A DNA stretch of 64,000 bases, taken from positions 64,001 to 128,000 of the forward strand of contig JBHLPW010000002.1 of assembly GCA_048939015.1 (NCBI GenBank), read 5' to 3'. Numbering within the stretch: position 1 is the first letter of the stretch; every line of letters starts with the position of its first letter. The position numbers and the translations under genes were made by a program. This DNA comes from Promethearchaeota archaeon (GTDB taxonomy: Archaea; Asgardarchaeota; Lokiarchaeia; Sigyniarchaeales; SOKP01). Positions 1-8,990 of this stretch are shown piece by piece. The notes under the pieces were generated by a model. It searched no databases. It was not told where the DNA came from and worked only from the letters and a program-made list of their open reading frames with translations.

Positions 1-1586
1 ATAAGATTTATATTAGAAATATTTTTAAATGAATTTAACATTGAAGTGTCTAATGGATCCCAACTAGAAATTATACCTACCCTGTCTAAAAAATCTATAA
101 CTCCTAATGACATGAATTTTTGTCTGTCTGCCATTGATTGAATCCTTATAATATTTACATATTTAATATCAGGAGCTTCTACCCAATAATCTTTAAAAGC
201 TATAAGTCTTACTCTATCATCTTGAATATATTCAAGATACTCAAAAGGACCAGTCCCAATCAAATCATCTGTATTAAAATCAAGATATCTATAAAAGGGA
301 GTTGAAGATGGAGATAATATTACTGATCCCTCAAAGCACAATAATCCTTCAAAAGCAGCAAAGGGTTTATTTAATACAAAGCGAATCATATAATCGTCAA
401 TTACAGCAGTTCTATTAATTATAGGGGTGTTGTCGTTCCAAAAGTATACAGAAGTAAATTGGTTAAGTGTTGTATTTGAGGGTAAAGTTCCACTTGTATT
501 CATAAAATAGTGTAACCTATCAATACTCCACTTTACTGTACTAGCATTAAACGGAGTTCCATCATGAAACTTTATATTTTGTCTCAGTTCAACAGTATAA
601 TTTAATTTATCTGCAGACCATGTTCCCATTGATAAAGCTAATTTTGGAATTATTCTATTTTGTCGAGAACTTAAATTATATGTAAAAAGTGTCTCAAAGA
701 TTTGAGAGGTTACTTTTAAGATATAATTATCTGATCGATAATGAGGATCAAAGTTATTCACAAGAAAATACTCAGGTAAATGAAATGTTCCATAATTTAA
801 AACTTCTGGATCATTATTTACATCAATTCCATCATCCCAAATAGGATAATTATCTATGCTTGCAGCTACACCCTGGATATTTTCATATGACCTGTCTCCT
901 ATCCCATCATCATCTAAATCTCTGTAATCATAATCAGACCAATAATTACCGATTGATCCATTATCCCAAAAATTAGTTCCATCATCATAAGCTAAGGGAG
1001 GATTTCCAATAATAAAATTACTAAACATTAGGTTATTATAACTGGAAGCATCTAAAAAAATATTATATCTACCATTATTTTCGAATATATTTCCTGTAAG
1101 ATTAATATCATGGGAATTATCTAAGCTAATTCCGTAACCATTATTGATTGAGATGTTATTTTCTTCTAAAGCGCCATTTCCTGCGTTTTGAATTTTAATT
1201 CCTGCCCCAAAAGCCGTATACATCGAATTGTATAAGATACAGTTTTTTATTTTGAAATATACGTTAGAATTTCGTATATCAATACAACTACTTGAATTTT
1301 GTCCATCAATGGTAACATTCTCAATAGTATAAGGATCAGTAATGGTTCCTGAACCACTACACCATGGCTGAGAAGAAGCTGTTGTTGCCCATTCAGAATC
1401 TCCATCTATTGAAATTGGAGTTCCTGTAAGATCCCAATATGCTGCAAATTTAATTTTCCCATTTTCATTTGATTTTAATCTATTTTCTACGATTAATTCA
1501 GTATAAAATATATTATTTACAAAAATTGAAGAGAAGAAAAAAATCAACAATATTGAGAGAATTATCATTTTACTTTTTTTTTTCAT
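1..1586 (-). CDS. Secreted protein: NosD/CASH beta-helix domain fused to an ABC-transporter family 5 substrate-binding domain (partial, runs off window start)
   Basis: Not in ORF track. Manual translation from ATG at 1586 gives MKKKSKMIILSILLIFFF (signal-like), WCSGSGTITDPYTIENVTIDG, NosD-like GNYWSDY..D.DDDGIGD, then SBP_bac_5 motifs QIFETLF, LRQNIKFHDGTPFNASTVKWSIDR and IGTGPF. Confidence 0.85.
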   Translation of the reverse strand, partial: MKKKSKMIILSILLIFFFSSIFVNNIFYTELIVENRLKSNENGKIKFAAYWDLTGTPISIDGDSEWATTASSQPWCSGSGTITDPYTIENVTIDGQNSSSCIDIRNSNVYFKIKNCILYNSMYTAFGAGIKIQNAGNGALEENNISINNGYGISLDNSHDINLTGNIFENNGRYNIFLDASSYNNLMFSNFIIGNPPLAYDDGTNFWDNGSIGNYWSDYDYRDLDDDGIGDRSYENIQGVAASIDNYPIWDDGIDVNNDPEVLNYGTFHLPEYFLVNNFDPHYRSDNYILKVTSQIFETLFTYNLSSRQNRIIPKLALSMGTWSADKLNYTVELRQNIKFHDGTPFNASTVKWSIDRLHYFMNTSGTLPSNTTLNQFTSVYFWNDNTPIINRTAVIDDYMIRFVLNKPFAAFEGLLCFEGSVILSPSSTPFYRYLDFNTDDLIGTGPFEYLEYIQDDRVRLIAFKDYWVEAPDIKYVNIIRIQSMADRQKFMSLGVIDFLDRVGIISSWDPLDTSMLNSFKNISNINL

Positions 1587-1752
1587 GAGATTCAGACTCT
1601 GAATGGTTTATTGGATTGACAAAATATTAACTGATATGTATAATAATATTTCGTCAGTTTATTTTAAACTTTATTTCACTTTCAAAGTTTTATATATCTT
1701 AAAAAAGAATAAATATCAACATATTGAAATCTAAGAATTTATAGAAAAAATT

Positions 1753-2715
1753 GTGAATAATATGGAAAAAGAAGATAAATTAACTTTAATTCTAATTACT
1801 AGTTTAATAATAAGTATAATATTAATAATAGTTGTACTCTTAATCCCTTTTCTATTTAACTTCAGTATGAACCAAGCCTTGAGAGATTTACTTCCTGGTT
1901 CGTCATATTTCTTCCGATTTATAACCGAATTTGGAGGTACATTCATTTATTTAGTAATAATTTTTACAATTTTTTGGGGAATTGATAAAAAAATTGCCAA
2001 TTCATTATTAATGGTTTATGTTTCATCAAATTTTGTAAATTATTATGCTAAAGCGATAATTGCGAATGAAAGGCCACCAGAAGCTCAATGGCTTTTGATT
2101 GGAGCCTCTCATCTTAGTACTCCAAGCGGCCATGCGATGAGTTCAACGGTATTTTATGGATATTTATCAATGAAAACAAAAAGAATTGCTATGTGGATAA
2201 TTTCTATAGTTGTAATAATGCTTGTCGGGCTCTCCAGAATTTATTTAGGAGTTCATTGGGTTGGCGATGTTTTGACTGGTTGGTTCTTTGGAATTGTAAT
2301 TTTACTTTTGGCTTATATTTTCGAAGATAAAATTCAAGATTTTACTAATAAGTATAATATCGTTTACTTATATATCGGACTAGCTGTTTTAGGATTGTTA
2401 GTTATGATAATAACCGACATCATTTATCAATCATCATATAACTTCGGAGAACCAGGAGGTCAAATGATAGGATTAGGAATAGGCTTAGCATTAGAACATA
2501 AATATGTTAACTTTGAAATCTCTTATCAACCTGGAGAAAAATGGAAAATAATTCTTAGAATCTTACTAGGAATACTCTTAATTGCTATAATCTTTTTGGG
2601 TTTGTATTTAGTTATTGATTCTGATATTTTATGGTTAAGTGCTTTACATTATATAGTAACTCTTATATTAGGGATATTTATATGGCCATTAATTTTCACA
2701 AAGATTGGACTTTAG
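1753..2715 (+). CDS. PAP2-family membrane phosphatase
   Basis: Motifs K..IANERP, PSGH, SRIYLGVHW.GDV; many TM helices; true start probably ATG 1762. Confidence 0.9.
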   Translation: MNNMEKEDKLTLILITSLIISIILIIVVLLIPFLFNFSMNQALRDLLPGSSYFFRFITEFGGTFIYLVIIFTIFWGIDKKIANSLLMVYVSSNFVNYYAKAIIANERPPEAQWLLIGASHLSTPSGHAMSSTVFYGYLSMKTKRIAMWIISIVVIMLVGLSRIYLGVHWVGDVLTGWFFGIVILLLAYIFEDKIQDFTNKYNIVYLYIGLAVLGLLVMIITDIIYQSSYNFGEPGGQMIGLGIGLALEHKYVNFEISYQPGEKWKIILRILLGILLIAIIFLGLYLVIDSDILWLSALHYIVTLILGIFIWPLIFTKIGL

Positions 2716-2766
2716 GTTTAAGTCTTTAAATAGTTTAATTTTAATGATAAAGGAGTAGAATGAAAA

Positions 2767-2970
2767 ATGGAAAATAATGAAAAGATGAGTAATGAAAATT
2801 TAATAATACTATGGGGTTTCATTTTAACTATCATAGGAGGTTTGGGAATGGTTCAAATTGGATTATTAGAGGGATTAGATGATTTTCTAATAATTGGATC
2901 AATTCCATTCATAATTGGAATTATTATATTAGTTTGTATAGCAATCATCGACAAAAAGAAAAATAAATAA
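2767..2970 (+). CDS. Small two-TM membrane protein
   Basis: Two hydrophobic segments, AAGGAG upstream, basic C-terminus. Confidence 0.65.
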   Translation: MENNEKMSNENLIILWGFILTIIGGLGMVQIGLLEGLDDFLIIGSIPFIIGIIILVCIAIIDKKKNK

Positions 2971-2996
2971 GAATATATTAAATAAAAAATAGATTT

Positions 2997-3815
2997 TTGA
3001 GTATGATTGAGAAATTCCTAGAAGGCAAGGGTGTTTTAATAACGGGGGGTGCAACTGGTTTTGGTAAAGGGGTTGCTTTTGAATATGCGAAAAGAGGTGC
3101 GGATTTAGTATTAGTAGACATAAAAGAAGAACAACTTGAAGATACTGCTAAGGAACTTAGAACCAGATACAAACAAAAGATCATTCCTATAATTTGTGAT
3201 GTATCAAAATCAGATCAAGTACAAGAAATGGTAAAACAGACTTTAGAAGAATTAGATAATGTATATATTCTATTTAATAATGCGGGAATATCACCTCATT
3301 ATAGCTTAAACGTATTTAGAACAAACGAAGATGAGTATGATCTAATAATGAATACAAATCTTAAAGGACAATGGTTAGTAGCCAGAGTGTTGGCAAAGAA
3401 GATGAGCCGTCAAAAATTTAGCCCATTAGCAGGAAAAATAATTTGTAATGCATCTATTGCTGGTGTAAAGCCAAATTCTGCTCTTCCAATATATAGCATC
3501 TCGAAAAGCGGTGTCATTTCTTTAATGAAAATACTTGCTCATGATTTAGCCCCTAAAGTAACTGTTAATTCGATTTCTCCTGGATATCATGTAACTCCAA
3601 TTTATAATAGTGATCCAGACTTAATTAAACAAATGTTAAGAGAAGGATATGTTAAGACTCCTTTAAATAGGCTAGGTACTGTAGAAGATGTAGTCAATTT
3701 AATGTTATTTTTAGCATCTCCTGAATCTGATTTCATTACTGGTCATAATTTTATGATTGATGGTGGGTTAGGTGATGCAGGAATAACAGCAACATTCTTA
3801 AAATCAGAAATTTAA
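2997..3815 (+). CDS. Short-chain dehydrogenase/reductase (FabG-like)
   Basis: TGGATGFG, NNAG, YSISK motifs; probable start ATG 3003. Confidence 0.92.
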   Translation: MSMIEKFLEGKGVLITGGATGFGKGVAFEYAKRGADLVLVDIKEEQLEDTAKELRTRYKQKIIPIICDVSKSDQVQEMVKQTLEELDNVYILFNNAGISPHYSLNVFRTNEDEYDLIMNTNLKGQWLVARVLAKKMSRQKFSPLAGKIICNASIAGVKPNSALPIYSISKSGVISLMKILAHDLAPKVTVNSISPGYHVTPIYNSDPDLIKQMLREGYVKTPLNRLGTVEDVVNLMLFLASPESDFITGHNFMIDGGLGDAGITATFLKSEI

Positions 3816-3845
3816 TTTCAAGTATAAGATATTTAGTGGAAAAAA

Positions 3846-4658
3846 ATGAGTGAGAATTTTTTAGAAGGAAAAGGTGCTCTTATTACTGGTGGAGCATCTG
3901 GTTTTGGGAAGGGGACCGCTCTTGAATATGCAAAAAGAGGTGCTGATATTGTATTAGTGGATATTAATGAAGATTCTTTAGAAGAAACATCAAAATACAT
4001 TGAAGGAGAAACTAATAGAAGGATTATTCCTATTGTTTGTGATGTCTCTCAAATTACTCAAGTTAAAAAGATGGCAAAACAAGCATTTGAGGAGTTAGAC
4101 AATATTTATGTATTATTTAACAACGCAGGAATAGCTCCAGGATACGGAAAAGATATCTTAAAAGTAAATGAAGATATCTGGGATTCTACACTAAACATAA
4201 ATCTTAAAGGTCAATGGTTAGTTTCTAAATTTATTTGTCGTAACATGAAAAGACAGAAATTTGAACCCTTAGCGGGCAAAGTAATTCATATGGCATCCGA
4301 TTTTGGAGTAACCGTTGATATAACTGTTCCTGTTTATAGTATCAGTAAAGCAGCAATAATTACCTTAATGCAAACTTTCGCAATAACATTAGCGCCTAGA
4401 ATAGCAGTAAATTCTATCTCGCCTGGATATCATCTTACTGGTATTTATGGAAATTCTAAGGAAGTAATGATTGAGACGATGAAGATTGGTAATGTGAAGA
4501 CCCCTTTGAACCGAGTAGGAACGGTAGAGGATGTTGTGAATGTGGCACTTTTTTTAGCCTCACCATTATCCAATTTTATTACAGGTCATAACTTCTTAGT
4601 TGATGGTGGTATATCGGAAGTAGGAGTACCACCAAATTATTTCAAAACAGATATATAA
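3846..4658 (+). CDS. Short-chain dehydrogenase/reductase, tandem paralog of the preceding gene
   Basis: TGGASGFG, NNAG, YSISK; shares RQKF.PLAGK and NSISPGYH.T.IY with 2997-3815. Confidence 0.92.
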   Translation: MSENFLEGKGALITGGASGFGKGTALEYAKRGADIVLVDINEDSLEETSKYIEGETNRRIIPIVCDVSQITQVKKMAKQAFEELDNIYVLFNNAGIAPGYGKDILKVNEDIWDSTLNINLKGQWLVSKFICRNMKRQKFEPLAGKVIHMASDFGVTVDITVPVYSISKAAIITLMQTFAITLAPRIAVNSISPGYHLTGIYGNSKEVMIETMKIGNVKTPLNRVGTVEDVVNVALFLASPLSNFITGHNFLVDGGISEVGVPPNYFKTDI

Positions 4659-4672
4659 AATTCTAAATTGAG

Positions 4673-5092
4673 GTGAAAAATATGTTAAATATTATGATGG
4701 CAATATTTCAAACAATATGGGTTTTTCTTTTCGTAGGGTATTGGCTAGTATTTTATATTACTGAGTATAAGAAAGGTAAAATGCCAGAAGTGGAATACAA
4801 ACATGAAATTTCATTTCCATTTCCAGATTTGGGATGGATTATGCCAAATCTTATCGTGGCTGCGATTGGATTATTTTTAAACCAAAATTTTGGTTACTTT
4901 TTCTCCGCTTTAGCTGGTAGTGGGATGATGTTTTTAGGAATTATTGATCTCGCCTTTGATATTCAAAATGAGAAGTTTAATAGAGAAAAATATGGATTTG
5001 ATGCAGTTGTCAGCATGGGAGTTGTTATCTTAACATTAATTTTCGGTCCAATTTTTATTATTTACGGAGCTTTTGGCTTAGGACTTTTTTAG
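4673..5092 (+). CDS. Four-TM membrane protein of unknown function
   Basis: Hydrophobic segments; GAGGTGA RBS suggests true start ATG 4682. Confidence 0.75.
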   Translation: MKNMLNIMMAIFQTIWVFLFVGYWLVFYITEYKKGKMPEVEYKHEISFPFPDLGWIMPNLIVAAIGLFLNQNFGYFFSALAGSGMMFLGIIDLAFDIQNEKFNREKYGFDAVVSMGVVILTLIFGPIFIIYGAFGLGLF

Positions 5093-5112
5093 TCTGATTT
5101 GGTGATGTAAAA

Positions 5113-5994
5113 ATGGCAAAAGAAAAATTAATTAAAAAACAGCCTTTTAAAGGAAAATTAGCTTTTTTAATTGGTGCTTCAACTGGAATGGGTCGAGCAG
5201 CAGCAAAGGAATTTGTACAATTAGGAGGGAGTGTTTTAATAGTCGCTCGTCGTCAGAATGTTTTAGAAGAAGCTGGTGAAGAAATTAAGAAAAATATTTT
5301 TGATGATTCTCAATTTGTTGAAATTATTTCCTGTGATGCAACCAATATGGAGAAGTTGAAACCTCTAATCGAAGGTTTTATTAAGAATCATGGAGTTCCA
5401 GACTATTTATTTAATCTAGTAGGATTTGCAATACCAGGTTATATAGAAAACTACACTCTTGATGATTTTAAGAATAATATGAATGTGAATTACTATGGGC
5501 AATTGGTACCAACTCTTATTCTACTACCATATTTTATAAAAGAAAAGAGAGGGCATATAATCTTCTTTTCATCCTTGTTAGGATTTATGGGAATGATGGG
5601 ATATGGTGCATATATTCCAACCAAGTTTGCTATTGTTGGGTTAGCAGAATCCTTACGTAATGAATTGAAACCTCATAATATAAAAATTTCAGTAGTTTAT
5701 CCCCCTGATACCAATACTCCTGGGCTCTCAACAGAAAATGAAGGGAAACCACCAGAATGTGTAATAATGTCAGAAACAGGAGGACTCTTAGAACCTGAAG
5801 AAGTCGCAGAATATGTTATTAAAAAGGTTATGAAAAATAAACTTCATATATCTCCAGGTAATGCAAAACCGATTCGTTACATTCATAGGATCTTTCCTAA
5901 ACTTGTTAGATGGTTCATGGATAGAGATTATAAAAAAGCACGTAAAAAATTAAGGAAAAAACAACTCAAAAGTAAAGAAGATCCACCCAAATAG
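5113..5994 (+). CDS. SDR of the 3-ketodihydrosphingosine reductase (KDSR)-like subfamily
   Basis: GASTGMG, Y..TKFA..GLAESLR.EL and the KDSR-type YPPDTNTPG motif. Confidence 0.75.
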   Translation: MAKEKLIKKQPFKGKLAFLIGASTGMGRAAAKEFVQLGGSVLIVARRQNVLEEAGEEIKKNIFDDSQFVEIISCDATNMEKLKPLIEGFIKNHGVPDYLFNLVGFAIPGYIENYTLDDFKNNMNVNYYGQLVPTLILLPYFIKEKRGHIIFFSSLLGFMGMMGYGAYIPTKFAIVGLAESLRNELKPHNIKISVVYPPDTNTPGLSTENEGKPPECVIMSETGGLLEPEEVAEYVIKKVMKNKLHISPGNAKPIRYIHRIFPKLVRWFMDRDYKKARKKLRKKQLKSKEDPPK

Positions 5995-6029
5995 TAATAT
6001 TTGTTAACATGTGCTAACTTTGACAAGAA

Positions 6030-6677
6030 TTATTTAGACTTTGAATTTTTCTCTTTTTTTTTTGCAAATATATATCTTAATTTATGAGTATGAGGTCCAA
6101 GATCACCATGATTCTCATTCTCCTCAATAATATCCGTTTCAATTACAGTAAAGCTTTTGAAATGCTCTATTAAATCTTGTTCTGAAAAATAATGAGTTGG
6201 TCTGTAAGGTTTGCTTTCAAAAGTGTTTTCCTCTATTAAATTGCCTTTACCATAACTATTCTCTTTGTCTGAAAATACTGAAAAAAATGCAAATCCATTA
6301 TTTTTCAATTGTCTATAACATTTATCTATGAATAATACTCGTTCATTTCTAAGTAATAAATGCAAAAGGTTATAACAAAATATAGCATCATATATTTCAC
6401 TACTAAATGGCATATCTAACACCGAACCTAAGATGAAATTAGATTTTGTATCAAATTCTCTAGCGATATTTAGACCTTCTTCAGAAATTTCAATTCCAGT
6501 TACTTGGTAGTTATTTTTTGAAAAAAGTTTAGTATGACGTCCATAACCTGCACCAGGAATTAGAATTGTAGTTATTTCATGTTTTTTAAACAATTTTAGA
6601 GCATAAAAAGCCGTTTTACTTGGTTCAATTCCCCAAATCTTTCCTTTTTCTGAGAACCTATTATTCCAATATTCCAT
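6030..6677 (-). CDS. Class I SAM-dependent methyltransferase
   Basis: ILIPGAGYGRH motif I; YDAIFC. Confidence 0.85.
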   Translation of the reverse strand: MEYWNNRFSEKGKIWGIEPSKTAFYALKLFKKHEITTILIPGAGYGRHTKLFSKNNYQVTGIEISEEGLNIAREFDTKSNFILGSVLDMPFSSEIYDAIFCYNLLHLLLRNERVLFIDKCYRQLKNNGFAFFSVFSDKENSYGKGNLIEENTFESKPYRPTHYFSEQDLIEHFKSFTVIETDIIEENENHGDLGPHTHKLRYIFAKKKEKNSKSK

Positions 6678-6817
6678 AGATGCTTATTGATAATTGAATT
6701 AGAAGGTTTAATTATTCAAATTTAGAATATTTTAATAAATAATAAAATTTCTATTTAATTGGTTTTAAAGTTAGAATATACTGAATAAAACCAAAAATCG
6801 AAGATTTATTTAACAAA

Positions 6818-7921
6818 ATGAAAAAAATTGGCTTAATTATAAATCCAATTGCTGGAATGGGCGGAACTGTAGGTCTTAAAGGAACTGATGGTGATATATA
6901 TAAAGAAGCAATAAAGATGGGTGCTACACCAGTAACTCCAATCCGAGCAAATGAGTTGTTATCGAATGTAAAAAATAAAAACAAGATTACGCTTTTGGTG
7001 GCACCAGGTAAGATGGGAGCCGATGTTTTGCAAGATCTTGATATGGATTATACGATCATAGGAGAAATTAGTAAAGATACGACAAAAGAAGACACAAAAA
7101 GAATTGCAAGACAACTGGTTAGTGAAAGTATTGATCTATTAATCTTTTGTGGAGGAGATGGAACCGCACGAGATATATTTGACTCAGTTGGGTTAGAAAA
7201 GCCAGTGCTTGCATTACCGGCAGGAGTAAAAATGTTTAGTTCTGTTTTTGCTATTAATCCAAGAGCAGCAGCACAAATTCTAGATAGATTTATCGAGGAA
7301 ACCATTGAAACACATGAAAAAGAAGTTCTTGATATTGATGAGGAACTTTTTCGTAAAAATATATTACAAGCAAAATTATATGGATATTTGAAGGTTCCTA
7401 AAATTTTAAGCTTAATACAATCTGGAAAAACAGGTTCTGGATCTGGAAGAACTATTGAAGAAAATAAACAGGAAATCGCTCAATTTATTATTGAAAATAT
7501 GCAAGATGATGTTTTATATTTTTTAGGACCCGGTACTACAATAAAAGCTATAACCGACAATTTAAGCTTACCTAAAACGCTTTTGGGGATAGATGCTGTT
7601 TATAATAAAAAGGTTATTGGAAAAGATTTGAATGAAAAAGGTTTAATTGAATTACTAAACAAATATAATAATGCAAAAATAATTATTTCTCCTATTGGAG
7701 GGCAAGGATTTATTTTTGGACGGGGAAATAAACAAATTACACCTAAAATTCTAAGAATGATTGGAAAAGAAAATATAAAGATAATATCGACTGTAGTAAA
7801 AATGAGAGAACTAGATTGTTTAAGAGTGGATACCGGAGACGCTGAGATTGATAAACTATTGAGTGGATTCGGGAAGGTTATTACAGGATACAAGGAAGAA
7901 CTTGTTGTTAAAATAGAATAA
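6818..7921 (+). CDS. ATP-NAD kinase / AcoX-like family protein
   Basis: NPIAGMGG.VGLKGTDG, GGDGTARD, GGQGFIFGRGNKQI motifs. Confidence 0.88.
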   Translation: MKKIGLIINPIAGMGGTVGLKGTDGDIYKEAIKMGATPVTPIRANELLSNVKNKNKITLLVAPGKMGADVLQDLDMDYTIIGEISKDTTKEDTKRIARQLVSESIDLLIFCGGDGTARDIFDSVGLEKPVLALPAGVKMFSSVFAINPRAAAQILDRFIEETIETHEKEVLDIDEELFRKNILQAKLYGYLKVPKILSLIQSGKTGSGSGRTIEENKQEIAQFIIENMQDDVLYFLGPGTTIKAITDNLSLPKTLLGIDAVYNKKVIGKDLNEKGLIELLNKYNNAKIIISPIGGQGFIFGRGNKQITPKILRMIGKENIKIISTVVKMRELDCLRVDTGDAEIDKLLSGFGKVITGYKEELVVKIE

Positions 7922-7943
7922 TCTATTCGAAATGGTTTTCACC

Positions 7944-8900
7944 TTATAATGGATCAAATGCGTTAATTTCTTCAAGGAGATCTAATACTTTTATACAATA
8001 CTTGTCTCTTTTTTTAAGGATTTCTTCCTCACTACGACCCTGATAATCATAAAAACCTTTACCTGTTTTAATTCCAAGATATCCTTGTTTTACTAAGTTT
8101 TCAACTTGTGGGTATCTTTTATTAGTTCTAAATTCTTTCTGTTTATCAAGAATTAATTCAAGACCAGTGAAATCCTGAGACTGAACAACTCCTTGCACAG
8201 GAAGTCTTACACCAAGAATTGTTTTCACTGCAAAGTCAATTTGCTCGGGTGTAGCCCACCCTTTTTGTAACATCTCATAAATTTGTACAAAAATTACTCT
8301 TTGAATACGGTTGAGGATAAAACTGTCCACATACTCCTTCATGACAAGTGGTTTTTTTCCTAGTTGTTCCATTAATTTTACTGAAAAATCAATAGTTTCT
8401 TGTGAAGTTTTTGATCCAGGAACGATTTCAACCAATGGCAATATATAAGCAGGACAAAACCAATGGTGAATAATTAATCGTTCTGGTTTTTTCACATCTG
8501 CTATATCATATATGTTTAATCCAGAGGTATTACTTGCTAAAATGGCATTTTCTGAACAATAATTGTTTAAATTCATTAAAAGATCTTTCTTTATATTTGC
8601 AATTTCATTTACAGCTTCAACCACTAGATCTGCCCTTTGAGCACAAGGTTTAAGTTCAGTTGTTAAATTAATTCTATTTAAAATAGCTGAAATCTCATTA
8701 GATGATATCTTTTCTAACTCTTCTAATAAAGATAGGTTTGATTTTATTAATTTACTAGCACGTTTTAAAGTAATTGGATTTTTATCAACTAAATCAACCA
8801 TAAATCCATGTTGTGCATAAACTTGTGCTATTGCATGTCCCATTGTACCTGCACCAACAACTACAACATGTTCAATTTCATTTAATTTCATAAACACCAA
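7944..8900 (-). CDS. 3-hydroxyacyl-CoA dehydrogenase family protein
   Basis: VVGAGTMG, EAVNE, LASNTS, G.LG.KTGKGFYDY. Confidence 0.92.
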   Translation of the reverse strand: MVFMKLNEIEHVVVVGAGTMGHAIAQVYAQHGFMVDLVDKNPITLKRASKLIKSNLSLLEELEKISSNEISAILNRINLTTELKPCAQRADLVVEAVNEIANIKKDLLMNLNNYCSENAILASNTSGLNIYDIADVKKPERLIIHHWFCPAYILPLVEIVPGSKTSQETIDFSVKLMEQLGKKPLVMKEYVDSFILNRIQRVIFVQIYEMLQKGWATPEQIDFAVKTILGVRLPVQGVVQSQDFTGLELILDKQKEFRTNKRYPQVENLVKQGYLGIKTGKGFYDYQGRSEEEILKKRDKYCIKVLDLLEEINAFDPL

Positions 8901-8990
8901 ATTTGAATCTATTATTGTAAATATATTTTTCTAAGTAAATATAAAAAAGTACATTCAAATATTAAGCTTTAAGAAGTAGGAGATTATTAA

